Part shown: one piece after another, positions 11,312 to 23,843 of the stretch
Layout of the letters: each line of letters starts with the position of its first letter
Position numbering within the stretch: position 1 is the first letter of the stretch
DNA from: Macrostomum lignano
Taxonomy: Eukaryota
Assembly (NCBI GenBank): GCA_002269645.1
Contig: NIVC01000226.1
Location: forward strand, 2,210-66,209
DNA length: 64,000 nt
Reading direction: 5' to 3'
The notes under the pieces: model-generated
The model's input: only the letters and a program-made list of their open reading frames with translations
Database searches by the model: none
Told to the model about the DNA's origin: nothing
Position numbers and translations under genes: made by a program

Positions 11312-14300
11312 GTTGGAGCTTGTTTGATTTGCTGCATTCGATTAAGACAAACAATAGAACTTTTTAGTTTTTATGCTTTTATGATATTGTCTTAGTTGTA
11401 TTTCCAGGCCCTACATTTCTCAGGAGATCCTCAGTTGCTAGGCCAGCCTCCCAGATCCTCAGTTCCTGGGCCAGCCTCCCAGATCCTCAGTTGCTGGGCC
11501 AGCCTCCCAGATCCTCAGTTGCTGGGCCACCAACCTCCCAGATCCTCAGTTGCTGAGCCAGCCTCTCAGATCCTCAGTTGCTGGGCCAGCCTCCCAGATC
11601 CTCAGTTGCTGGGCCAGCCTCCCAGATCCTCAGTTGCTGGGCCAGCCTCCCAGATTCTCAGTTGCTGGGCCAGCCTCCCAGAGTGTCAGTTGCTGGGCCA
11701 GCCTCCCAGAGTGTCAGTTGCTGGGCCAGCCTCCCAGAGTGTCAGTTGCTGGGCCAGCCTCCCAGATCCTCTCATAAAACTGACTGTCCCAACCTTCAGC
11801 CTGCCGCCGCCCAAGACCCCGCCTGCTCCGCCCTGCTGTACAACTTCGCCTTGGTGCTGCACTACCAGCGCAGGCACTCAGAGGCCAGGCGCCTGCTTGA
11901 GCTGGCGCTGCCTCTGGCACCGCCTGACTGCCGTCTGGGCGCTGCTATCCGTGAACTGCTGCTGGACACCCTGCTGTTGCGGCTGCGCCTGCCAGACGCC
12001 GCCATCAAGCTGATTGACAGCGAGGCTAAAAGTAGGCCGCCGGCTCCCAGCTCTCCTGAGCAGGCCGCTATTCTCAGAGCTGTTGCTCAGGCTCTGTCGC
12101 CAAAACCTGGCTCCAATAGCGCCTGTTCAGACTCAGATATCCATGCTAGTCTGAAGCAAGATACTAGGGAACGCTTAATTCAATTGGATGCCAGAATCGA
12201 GGCCTCACTGATGCTCAAAAAATTTGATGGAGCGTTAAGCCTAGTAACTGAATTGTGTACGGAGGTAGGTTCCAGTTTTTATAGTGTCTTAATTAAATTC
12301 TTGTGGTACTGTATGTTTGCCTCTTGCTTCTCTTTCATTCTAGAATGCTAAGTCTCCCCACTCCCATGAATATTCTCCCCATTCCTCTGAAGATTGGTGC
12401 CCCATTCTCCTGAAGATTCGAGCCCTATTCCCCTGAAGATTCTCCCCATTCCCCAGAAGATTCGAGCCCTATTCCCTTGAAGATTTTTCCCAATCCCCCT
12501 GAAGATTCGAGCCCCATTCCCGTGAAGGTTTTCCCCAATCATCCTAAAGATTCTCCCCATTCTCCTGAAGATTAGAGCACCATTACCCTGAAGATTTTCC
12601 CCATTCCCCTGAAAATTCGAGCCCCATTCTCCTGAAGATTTTCCCCATTCCCCTGAAAATTCGAGCCCCATTCTCCTGAAGATTCTCCCCATTCCCGTGA
12701 AGGTTTTCCCCAATCATCCTAAAGATTCTCCCCATTCCCCTGAAGATTCGTGCCCCATTCTCCTGAAGATTCTCCCCACTCTCCTGAAGATTCTCCCCAT
12801 TCTCCTGAAGATTAGAGCACCATTACCCTGAAGATTCTCACCATTCTCCTGAAGATTAGAGCACCATTACCCTGAAGATTCTCCCCATTCTCCTGAAGAT
12901 TAGAGCACCATTACCCTGAAGATTTTCCCCATTCCCCTGAAAATTCGAGCCCCATTCTCCTGAAGATTCTCCCCATTCCCCTGAAGATTCTCCCCATTCC
13001 CCTGAAGATTCTCCCCATTCCCCTGAAGATTCTCCCCATTCCCCTGAAGATTCTCCCCATTCCCCTGAAGATTCTCTTCATTCTCCTGAAGATTCGTGCC
13101 CCATTCTCCTGAAGATTCTCCCCATTCTCCTGAAGATTCGTGCCCCATTCTCCTGAAGATTCTCCCCATTCTCCTGAAGATTCTCCCCATTATCCTGAAG
13201 ATTGGTGCCCCATTCTCCTGAAGATTCTCCCCATTCTTTTGAAGATTCTCCCCAGTCCCCTGAAGATTCTCCCCACTCAAAGATTCTTGATTACCGTGCC
13301 TATTTCCCAACTGCAGGTACAATCGGCAGACGAGGTCAAGTTAAGCTTCAAATTGCTGTCAGAAATTCGCAAAGCTCAATTATTGTATTTCTCTGGCAGC
13401 CTTGAGCAGTCTTTGTCATTGTTGCGCTCTATCGCCACGGCCAACAGAGACCATAGTCTCATTGTTCTCAATAATCTGTCCTGCGTGTATTTGCGGCAGG
13501 GTAAACCTAGGCTGGCTCAGCACTGTCTCAGGCAAGCGCTGCAGTGTCAAGTTGAGGATTGCAATCAGCTGATTCAACAGCAAAGCCAATCGGCAGATGA
13601 AACTGCGTCTACGTTGTCATGGCAACCGCATACAGCCAGTTTGAGCATGCTCGCGTCCGATCGGCACTTTGAGCTGCTGCACAATCTGGGTCTGGCTTTG
13701 CTGTTTAGGTGTGTCTTATTATATTACATAAAATAGTGTTTTCTTATCTGCTTAATATCTGCCGGATGCCTAATGTCTGTGTGCTAATGATTATCCTAAT
13801 GCCTACGTGCTAATGATTATCCTAATGCCTGTGTGCTAATGATTATCCTAATGCCTGTGTGCTAATGATTATCCTAATGTCTGTGTGCTAATGATTATCC
13901 TAATGCCTACGTGCTAATGATTATCCTAATGCCTGTGTGCTAATGATTATCCTAATGTCTGTGTGCTAATGATTATCCTAATGCCTACGTGCTAATGATT
14001 ATCCTAATGCCTACGTGCTAATGATTATCCTAATGCCTGTGTGCTAATGATTATCCTAATGCCTGTGTGCTAATGATTATCCTAATGTCTGTGTGCTAAT
14101 GATTATCCTAATGCCTACGTGCTAATGATTATCCTAATGCCTGTGTGCTAATGATTATCCTAATGCCTGTGTGCTAATGATTATCCTAATGTCTGTGTGC
14201 TAATGATTATCCTAATGCCTACGTGCTAATGATTATCCTAATGCCTGTGTGCTAATGATTATCCTAATGCCTGTGTGCTAATGATTATCCTAATGTCTGT

Positions 14301-17300
14301 GTGCTAATGATTATCCTAATGTCTGTGTGCTAATGATTATCCTAATGCCTACGTGCTAATTATTATCCTAATGCCTGTGTGCCAATCTATATACTAAAAA
14401 TGAGTTGTCTGTGGGTATGCGATAGATTTCAGAAAAATTGGCTCAACCGATTTTCTTCAAACTTGCACCATTCGATCAGAAATTTTCCTGGGACGGTACA
14501 TGCATCTTGGCTAAGAAATTGCTCAATGTTAAAGGGATTAAATATTCGAAAAACATGCTTTTTTGCAAAGGTCAAGCCAAATTTTCGACTTGAAATGCAT
14601 TGTAAGAATGCTGGAGAAAAACCTGACTGACTGAATTTCAATTCTGATAAAGATTGCATCACAACAAGTTGAAAACAGTGTCGAAGAAATGCACACACGA
14701 CTTGATTTAAATTGCGTAACCAATATTGCTAACTTGAACTGAGACTGATACTGGCTGACTGAGAAATTGATTATGTCATAACTTTTTACTCTAATTGACT
14801 TGCTATAAGAATTAAATTATAAGGGCAACAGTTCATGTTCTCCAATTGACAAGAGATAGCATAGATGCGAACAGACTGGACTGCTAATGTAGCGACCTAG
14901 GTTCGAATCTTAGTAGTACAAAATAATTTTTTTATCAAAACACCCTAAAACACAAAAAGCTAAACATAAAGGAAGCGCAATGTCAAACATTAAAGAGCCA
15001 CCATTCGAACATTAAAGAGCCACCATGTCGAACATTAAAGAGCCACCATGTTGAACATTAAAGAGCCACCATTCGAACATTAAAGAGCCACCATGTCAAA
15101 CATAAAAGAGCCACCATGTAAAACATATACGTGACTCCATGTCAAACATATACGTGACTCCATGTCAAACATATACGTGACTCCATGTCAGACATTAAAG
15201 AGCCACCATGTCGAACATTAAAGAGCCTCCATGTCAAACAGATACATGACTCCATGTCAAACATATACATGACTCCATGTCAAACATTAAAGAGCCACCA
15301 TGTCAAGCATTAAAGAGCCACCATGTCAAACATTAAAGAACCACCATGCCAAACATAAAAGAGCCACCATGTCAAACATTAAAGAGCCACCATGTCGAAC
15401 ATTAAATAAACACGATGTTGAACATTAAAGAGCCAGACCAGGTTAAACATAAATAAGTCACCATGTCAAACATTAAAGAGTCGCCATGTCAAACATATAC
15501 ATGACTCCATGTAAGACATTAAAGAGCCAGGCCAGCTTAAACATAAATAAACCACCATGTCAAACATTAAAGAGCCACCATGTCGAACATTAAAGATCCG
15601 CCATGTCAAACATATACATGACTCCCATGTCAGACATTCAAGAGCCACCATGTCGGACATTAAAGAGCCACCATGTCGAACTTTAAAGAGCCACTATGTC
15701 AAACATTAAAGAATCACAATGTAAAACATTAATGAGCCGGCATGTCGAAAATTAAAGAGCCACCATGTCAAACATCAAAGAGCCACCATGTCAAACATAT
15801 ACATGACTCCATGTCGAACATTAAAGGGCCAACATGTCAAACATTAAAGAGCCACCATGTCAAACATAAAAGAGTCATCATGCCAAACATAAAAGAGCCA
15901 CCATGTCGAACATTAAAGAGCCACCAAGTCAAATATAAAAGAGCTACCATGTCGAACATAAAAGAGCCACCATATCAAACATTCAAGAGACACCATGTCA
16001 AACATTAAAGAGCCACCATGCCAAACATAAAAGAGCCACCATGTCAAACAAAAAAGAGCCACCATGCCAAACATAAAATAGCCACCATGTCGAACATTAA
16101 AGAGCCACCGAGTCAAACATATAAGAGCTATCATGTCAAACATAAAAGAGCTATCATCTCAAACATGAAAGAGCCACCATGTCGAATATTAAAGAGCCAC
16201 CATGCCAAACATAAAAGAGCCACCATGTCGAACAGTAAAGAGCCTACATGTCAAGCATAAAAGAGCCACCATGTCAAACATACACGTGACTGACTCCATG
16301 TCAAACATTAAAGCGCCACCATGTCAAACATTAAAGAGCCACCATGTCAATCATAAAAGAGCCACCATCTCAAACATAAAAGAGCCACCATGTAAATCAT
16401 AAAAGAGCCACCATGTCAAACATTAAAAAGCCACCATGTCGAACTTTAAAGAGCCACTTTGTCAAACATATACATGACTCCATGTCAGATATTCAAGAGC
16501 CACCATGTCGAACATTAAAGAGCCACCATGTCGAACTTTAAAGAGTTCAAAATGTAAAGAATGATTAAAGAATCACAATGTAAAACATTAATGAGCCGGC
16601 ATGTCGAACATTAAAGGGCCACCATGTCAAACATTAAAGAGCCACCATGTCAAACATAAAAGAGCTATCATGTCAAACATTAAAGAGCCATCATGTCAAA
16701 CATAAAAGAGCCACCATGTCAAACATTAAAGAGCCATCATGTCAAACATAAAAGAGCCACCATGTCAAACATAAAAGAGCCACCATGTCGAACATAAAAG
16801 AGCCACCATGTAAAACATATAGGTGACTCCATGTCAAATTTTAAAGAGCCACCATGCCAAATGTTAAAGAGCCACCATGTCGAACATTAAAGAGTCACCA
16901 TGCCAAACATAAAAGAGCCACCATGTCGAACATTAAAGAACCACCATGTCAAACATTAAAGAGCCACCATATCGAACATTAAAGAGCCACCAAGTCAAAC
17001 ATTAAAGAGCTACCATGTCAAACATTAAAGACCTACCATGTCAAACATTCAAGAGGCATCATGTCAAACAGTAAAGAGCCACCAAGTCAAACATAAAAGA
17101 GCTACCATGTCAAACATAAAAGAGGCATCACGTCAAACATTCAAGAGCCACCATGTCAAACATTCAAGAGCCACCATATCAAACATTCAAGAGACACCAT
17201 GTCAAACATTAAAGAGCCACCATGCCAAACATAAAAGAGCCACCATGTCGAACATAAAAGAGCCACCATGCCAAACATAAAATAGCCACCATGTCAAACA

Positions 17301-20300
17301 TTAAAGAGCCACCATATCGAACATTAAAGAGCCACCATGTCAAACATAAAAGAGCCACCATGTCAAACATATATGTGACTCCATGTCAAACAGTAAAGAG
17401 CCACCATGTCAAGCATAAAAGAGCCACCATGTCGAACATAAAAGAACCACCATGTCAAACATAAAAGAGCCACTATGTCAAACAATAAACAGACACCATG
17501 TCAGACAATAAAAAAACCCCGAATCAAACATAAAAGAGCCACCATGTCGAACATAAAAGAGCCACCATGTCGAACATAAAAGAGCCACCATGTCAAACAT
17601 AAAACAGCCACCATGCCAAATATAAAAGAGCCACCATGCCAAACATAAAAGAGCCACCATATCATGCATAAAAGAGCAACGATGTTGAACATAAAAGAGC
17701 CACCATGTGAAACATAAAAAAACCATCATGTCAAAAATATACGTGACTCCATGTCAAACATTAAAGAGCCACCATGTCAAACATTAAAGAGCCACCATGT
17801 CAAACATTAAAGAGCTATCATGTCAAACACAAAATAGCCACTATGTCAAACATAGAAGAGCCACCATGTCAAACATTAAAGAGCCATCATGTCAAACATA
17901 AAAGAGCCACCATGTCAAACATTAAAGAGCCATCATTTCAAACATAGAAGAGACACTATGTCAAACATATACCTGACTCCATGTCAAACATAACAGAGCC
18001 AACATTTCAAACGTAAAAGAGCCGCCATAGCGAATATTAAAGAGCCACCATGTCGAACATAAAAGAGACACCATGTCAATCATAAAAGAGCCACCATGTC
18101 AAACATTAAAGAGCCAACATTACATTAAGGTGCCACCAGGTCAAACAATAAAGAGCCACCATGTCTAACATTAAAGAGCCACCATGTCAAACATAAAACA
18201 GCCACAATGTCAAACATAAAAGAGCCATCATGTCAAACATTAAAGAGCCACCATGTCAAACATATATGTGACTCCATGTCAAACAGTAAAGAGCCACCAT
18301 GTCAAACATAAAAGAGCCACCATGTCGAACATAAAAGAACCACCATGTCAAACATAAAAGAGCCACTATGTCAAACAATAAACAGACACCATGTCAGACA
18401 ATAAAAAAACCCCGAATCAAACATAAAAGAGCCACAATGTAGAACATTAAAGAGCCACCATGTCAAACATAAAAGATACACAATTTCAAACGTAAAAGTA
18501 AGCGTCATGCCAATTTTAAAGAAGCCACTATAGAGCTAAGGAAATTGTAGCACTAGCTACTTATTGTATGGTGGATGCTTACTATTTGGGGATGCTTGCT
18601 ATCTGGGGGATGCTTGCTATCTGGGAGGGGGGATGCTTCCTATCTGGGGGATGCTTGCTATCTGGGGCCTGGGGGATGCTTGCAATCTGGGGGATGCTTG
18701 CTATCTGGGGGATGCCTGCAATCTGGGGGATGCTTGCTATCTGGGGGATGCCTGCAATCTGGGGGATGCTTGCTATCTGGGGGATGCTTGCTATCTGGGG
18801 GATGCTTGCTATCTGGGGGATGCTTGCTATCTGGGGGATGCCTGCAATCTGGGGGATGCTTGCTATCTGGGGGATGCCTGCAATCTGGGGGATGCTTGCT
18901 ATCTGGGGGATGCTTGCTGTCTTGGGATGATTTCTTTTTGCATTACACTTTATTCGAGCAGTTTGTCTGTCGTCTTTGTGAAGGCTTTATTTGGCTGTCT
19001 TTTTGTTACTTGTAGAGAACAGAGATTCTATCCAGATGTCCCCCAACGGGGGGCGAAGATTGCTAGTGATTATACTAATATCTGCTGTGCTAATTATTAT
19101 CCTAATGCCTGTGTGCTAATGATTATCACGTGCTCGCGCAAAACAAAACATTTGACAGCGGCAGGCCGGCACAGGCGTTCAACTGTCTGCTAGAAGTGGC
19201 CAACAAATTTCCGGGAAATCCCTGTCTATGGCTTCGCCTTGCTGAATGCTGCGTTCACCAGCATCAGCAGTCAATCGCAGACCGCCAATGCGCTTGGCGA
19301 ATTGAATCAATCGGTTCCACTTTGCACCGGAAGTTAGTTCTCAATCCGTTGCTATGCGGAAATGGCGAATCTAATAAAATTAATAATGGCGACTCAATGG
19401 CCGCGATGCCGGCGCCTACGCTGGAGTTTGGCGCCATCTGCGCCAGCAATGCTCTGCTTCTGCTACCGCTGACAGAGCCGGGTGGCCATGTGAGTTGGAT
19501 TACGCCTATGGGATTTTTTATTGTTTGGTTTGGGATCTTTGATTTATTGGGTTGGGGATCTTTGATTTATTGGGTTGGGGATCTTTGATTATTTAAGTTG
19601 GGGATCTTTGATTTATTGAGATGAGATCTTAGATTTATTGGTTTAGGGATCTTTGATTTATTGATATGAGATCTTAGATTTATTGGTTTGAGGATCTTTG
19701 ATTTATTGATGAGGATCTTAGATTTATTGGTTTGAGGATCTTTTATTTATTGATATGAGGATCTTAGATTTATTGGTTTGGGGATCTTTGATTTATTGAT
19801 ATGGAGATATTAGTTTTATTGGTTTGGGGATCTTTGATTTATTGATATGGAGATATTAGTTTTATTGGTTTGGGGATCTTTGATTTATTAATATGGGGAT
19901 CTTTAATTTGTTGGTTTGGGGATCTTTGAACTGTTGGGTTAGGATCTTTGATTTATTTGGTTGGAATCAATTAATTTCCCTCAAATAGGGATCTTAAATA
20001 TTTTTAGCCCAGTGATCCAGCGCGGCGCTCTAACCCAGGCTCGATTCCAAGTGCAGTTACATTAATTTGGGGCTAAATTGGAATCTAAAATGTACATGCC
20101 TAAGTTAGGGCTGCTGTACACTCCTGTGTGTGTGCCTGTGCGTATGACTGCGTACGTATCCGCCTGCTCAGCGGAGTCGGCGGCATTGGCAATAATGCCT
20201 CTCGCCAGCGCACAGGCACCGAGTCTAATAAAAATTTCAGTTTTATAATAAGTCTTCTAATAAGTCTTATAGAAGCATGCACAATGCATATGAAAAATCG

Positions 20301-21703
20301 TTATTGGAACCCAGGTGTCCCTACCGCTCAGTCCGGGTCGCCTTGGCAACCTGAGCAGCCGCCGACGCATTCTCGAGCTCCGCTCGGCCGCGCTCTCCGT
20401 CGCCGCCTACTGCGCCCTGGGCCTCGGAGACTTCGCCCGGGCTGAGCGGTGCTGCCGCCAACTGCTGACTCAGCCAGGGCTGTCCGAGTCGCAGACCTGC
20501 CTTGCCAGGGACTACCTGGCACAGGCTTTGGTTCATCTGCAGGTAAGTTTTCTTTGCTAATTGTCCCGAGACCTAGATGTAATAAAGTCATCTCACAGAA
20601 TGTTCCAGAATCCCATGATTGTGAACTGACGCAATCTTATACATAATCCCACGTGCATGATCGTACAGTGTTCAATATAAGACACAGAACCCTACAGGAT
20701 AATACAGACACAGAATCCCACAGGATAATACAGACACAGAATCCCACAGGATAATACAGACACAGAACCCTACAGGATAATACAGACACAGAATCCCACA
20801 GGATAATACAGACACAGAACCCTACAGGATAATACAGACACAGAATCCCACAGGATAATACAGACACAGAATCCTACAGGATAATACAGACACAGAACCC
20901 CACAGGATAATACAGACACAGAACCCCACAGGATAATACAGACACAGAACCCTACAGGATAATACAGACACAGAATCCCACAGGATAATACAGACACAGA
21001 ACCCTACAGGATAATACAGACACAGAACCCCACAGGATAATACAGACACAGAACCCTACAGGATAATACAGACACAGAACCCCACAGGATAATACAGACA
21101 CAGAACCCCACAGGATAATACAGACACAGAACCCTACAGGATAATACAGACACAGAATCCCACAGGATAATACAGACACAGAATCCCACAGAATAATACA
21201 GACACAGAATCCCACAGGATAATACAGACACAGAATCCCACAGGATAATACAGACACAGAATCCCACAGGATAATACAGACACAGAATCCCACAGAATAA
21301 TACAGACACAGAATCCCACAGGATAATACAGACACAGAATCCCACAGGATAATACAGACAATCCTGCAAAATCATGCGTACTGCGGCACAAACCACAATT
21401 TTGCAGGTGTCCAACGACCCAGCAACATCGAGCCACATCCCTGAGGCCATCCAGTTGTTGATCGCATGCGGCAGCTGTACACAGGCACCGCATCATGAGA
21501 GCCAGCTCTACAACCTGGCTGTCCTGTACACCATTGCTGGGGATTTACTCTCTGCCAGGCGCTGTGTGGACAGTGTCCAGATGAGGGGAGTTCAGCCCCC
21601 ACTTTCCGATCATGTCCGGTTTCTGAAAGCATTTCTTGATTTAACAATGCTTAATCGGCGGGATCTTGCTCGAGAGTTGAGGAGAAACAGTTCAGTTAAC
21701 TGA
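10955..21703 (+). CDS. CNOT10: CCR4-NOT complex subunit 10; join(10955..11311,11800..12264,13317..13708,19159..19489,20315..20542,21407..21703), 689 aa
   Basis: TPR-like segments recognisable as CNOT10: ALLYNFALVLHYQRRHSEA, IVLNNLSCVY, FELLHNLGLALLFSGRPAQAFNCLLEVANKFPGNPCLWLRLAECC, IGSTLHRKLVL, TLEFGAICASNALLLLP, AAYCALGLGD, QLYNLAVLY. All five introns are GT-AG and phase-consistent, totalling 2070 nt. The start ATG is the most plausible one but is unverified. Confidence 0.93.
11425..11765 (+). repeat. 28-nt minisatellite (GGGCCAGCCTCCCAGATCCTCAGTTGCT) in CNOT10 intron 1
   Basis: About 12 tandem units visible directly. Confidence 0.95.
11800..12264 (+). CDS. CNOT10: CNOT10 coding exon 2
   Basis: Branch-like CTGAC at 11780, CCTTCAG acceptor, PAAAQDPACSALLYN...LCTE, donor GTAGGT at 12265. 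Confidence 0.88.
12350..13285 (+). repeat. ~21-nt minisatellite (CCCCATTCTCCTGAAGATTCT) in CNOT10 intron 2
   Basis: Tandem units of about 21-22 nt; they give rise to spurious SPHSPED/GENLQGN ORFs. Confidence 0.95.
13317..13708 (+). CDS. CNOT10: CNOT10 coding exon 3
   Basis: Acceptor CTGCAG, VQSADE...LNNLSCVY...ELLHNLGLALLF, donor GTGTGT at 13709 (phase 2). Confidence 0.9.
13775..14385 (+). repeat. 26-nt minisatellite (TGTGCTAATGATTATCCTAATGCCTG); resumes at 19067-19125 after the Helitron
   Basis: Tandem units visible directly. The same unit continues after 19066. Confidence 0.95.
14975..18480 (+). repeat. 21-nt minisatellite array (AAAGAGCCACCATGTCAAACA-T/TT core) inside Helitron A copy 1
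   Basis: More than 100 degenerate units; internal block duplication (about 17370-17530 vs 18262-18422). Confidence 0.95.
18575..18925 (+). repeat. 18-nt minisatellite (ATGCTTGCTATCTGGGGG) inside Helitron A copy 1
   Basis: Tandem units visible directly. Confidence 0.95.
19159..19489 (+). CDS. CNOT10: CNOT10 coding exon 4
   Basis: Acceptor TGACAG, (S)GRPAQAFNCLL...WLRLAECC...NALLLLP, donor GTGAGT at 19490. Confidence 0.92.
19530..19960 (+). repeat. Degenerate ~23-nt minisatellite (GGGGATCTTTGATTTATTGGGTT) in CNOT10 intron 4
   Basis: Repeated GATCTTTGATTTATTG core. Confidence 0.85.
20315..20542 (+). CDS. CNOT10: CNOT10 coding exon 5
   Basis: Acceptor CCCAG, LELRSAALSVAAYCALGLGDFARA...YLAQALVHLQ, donor GTAAGT at 20543. 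Confidence 0.9.
20680..21360 (+). repeat. 26-nt minisatellite (CACAGGATAATACAGACACAGAATCC) in CNOT10 intron 5
   Basis: About 26 tandem units. Confidence 0.95.
21407..21703 (+). CDS. CNOT10: CNOT10 terminal coding exon
   Basis: Acceptor TTTTGCAG, HIPEAIQLL...QLYNLAVLY...FLDLTMLN...RRN, stop TGA at 21701-21703. Confidence 0.88.
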   Translation: MSNDPATSSHIPEAIQLLIACGSCTQAPHHESQLYNLAVLYTIAGDLLSARRCVDSVQMRGVQPPLSDHVRFLKAFLDLTMLNRRDLARELRRNSSVN

Positions 21704-21796
21704 GACTTTTGTAATCCGTTTGTTAGTGCTGTGCTGAGCAGTTCAGGTGAAAACCGCTACCAGCCAGCCAGGCCAGAAAGCGTCCCAGATCAATTA

Positions 21797-22175
21797 GGTC
21801 GCCCTCAGATTCTAATAGAGAGAGTCGCCCTCAGATTCTAATAGAGAGAGTCGTTCTCAGAGTCTAATAGAGAGAATCGCCCTCAGATTCTAATAGAGAG
21901 AGTCGCCCTCAGATTCTAATAGAGAGAGTCGTTCTCAGAGTCTAATAGAGAGAATCGCCCTCAGATTCTAATAGAGAGAATTGCCCTCAGATTCTAATAG
22001 AGAGAATTGCCCTCAGATTCTAATAGAGAGAATCGCCCTCAGATTCTAATAGAGAGAGTCGTTCTCAGAATCTAATAGAGAGTCGCCCTCAGATTCTAAT
22101 AGAGAGAGTCGTTCTCAGAATCTAATAGAGAGTCGCCATTAGATTATAATACAGAATCACCCTCAGGTTCCCGTT
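21797..22175 (+). repeat. ~26-nt minisatellite (GTCGCCCTCAGATTCTAATAGAGAGA) downstream of the CNOT10 stop
   Basis: Tandem units of 24-26 nt. Confidence 0.9.
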
Positions 22176-22529
22176 TAAAATTGCCCTCAACACAATTCAA
22201 ATATTGTGTTGATTTTTTGTTATTTTCACGCAGTTTCTCATTGCGTATTTTGCTAATCTGCTTTCATCATTTTGTTTAAGCTTGCTGCCTAGTTGTTTCT
22301 TGAAGATTTTTGTGCATCCAGTTTAAGCTTGCATTTGGCTTGCAATAGAGTTTTTTCTGCATTTTTCTTGTTTTTGTTACTGCCAAGTAGTCTGTATCAT
22401 GTGCTGATTTTAGCACTATTTTTTCTTACTTTACCTTTGCGCTCCCTTGTTGCCATGGTAATTAATATGTTCTGCTGCTCTCACAAAGCTTTTCTTTGTG
22501 GCTTGAGTTGTTTACTATGCAACCTCACT

Positions 22530-23460
22530 CATTAACCTCACCCTCATAAACCCACCCATCCATCGGTCATAAACCCGACCCATCCATCGGTCATAAACCC
22601 GACCCATCCATCAGTCATAAACCCACCCATCCATCAGTCATAAACCCACCCATCCATCGGTCATAAACCCACCCTTCCATCAGTCATAAACCCACCCATC
22701 CATCGGTCATAAACCCACCCTTCCATCAGTCATAAACCCACCCATCCATCGGTCATAAACCCACCCTTCCATCAGTCATAAACCCCACCCATCTATCAGT
22801 CATAAACCCCACCCATCTATCAGTCATAAACCCCACCCATCTATCAGTCATAAACCCCACCCATCTATCAGTCATAAACCCCACCCATCCATCACTCATA
22901 AACCCCACCCATCCATCAGTCATAAACCCCACCCATCCATCAGTCATAAACCCCACCCATCCATCACTCATAAACCCCACCCATCCATCAGTCATAAACC
23001 CCACCCATCCATCACTCATAAACCCCACCCATCCATCACTCATAAACCCCACCCATCCATCACTCATAAACCCCACCCATCCATCAGTCATAAACCCCAC
23101 CCATCCATCACTCATAAACCCCACCCATCCATCAGTCATAAACCCCACCCATCCATCACTCATAAACCCCACCCATCCATCACTCATAAACCCCAACCAT
23201 CCATCAGTCATAAACCCCACCCATCCATCAGTCATAAACCCCACCCATCCATCAGTCATAAACCCCACCCATCCATCAGTCATAAACCCCACCCATCCAT
23301 CAGTCATCATAAACCCCACCCATCCATCAGTCATAAACTCCACCCATCCATCAGTCATAAACCCACCCTTCCATCAGTCATAAACCCCACCCATCCATCA
23401 CTCATAAACCCCACCCATCCATCAGTCATAAACCCCACCCATCCATCACTCATAAACCCC
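22530..23460 (+). repeat. 23-24-nt minisatellite (CCATCCATCAGTCATAAACCCCAC)
   Basis: Tandem units; source of the spurious [11 protein letters not shown]. Confidence 0.95.
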
Positions 23461-23843
23461 AACCAGAACCAGAAAAGTCCTACCCGCTACCAAAATCAAC
23501 CAAACTGTGTTGTTAAAGTTTTTTACCTATAACAACTCATCCAAAAGTATTGGAAAACATAATTTTGTTAATAAATCTCAGTGTTGATAAACAGGTTTTT
23601 TCTCTTTGTGTTTTACATTTCTGTTTTTCAGTTTTATCATGTTACTTTCGTTTTTTTTCAACGCCTAAATACACGTTATTTACTACTTTAAAAGTTTTGA
23701 AGAAGATATGTTTTGTTTTTGTTTCTTTCTTTGCTTTAATCAGTAGTATGTCTGGCTGACCTAGTTATAATCCCTTCTAAAGCGATTTTCACATCGTTTC
23801 ATTCCAGATTTAAATCCGACATTTGAATTAGCAGCTCACTGTG

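Larger units (their letters stand above)
14386..19066 (+). mobile_element. Non-autonomous Helitron, family A copy 1 (4.7 kb), in CNOT10 intron 3
   Basis: 5' A|TCTATATACTAAAAATGAG. 3' hairpin CCCCC-AAC-GGGGGG (19040-19053) followed by CTAG|T. Inserted at an A^T site of the 26-nt satellite with no TSD. A second copy lies at 28366-34340. No Rep/Hel ORF. Confidence 0.9.

Noticed and set aside
14975-18480. Regular short repeats superficially like a CRISPR array
   Set aside because: There are no unique spacers and no cas genes, and the context is eukaryotic. It is a minisatellite.
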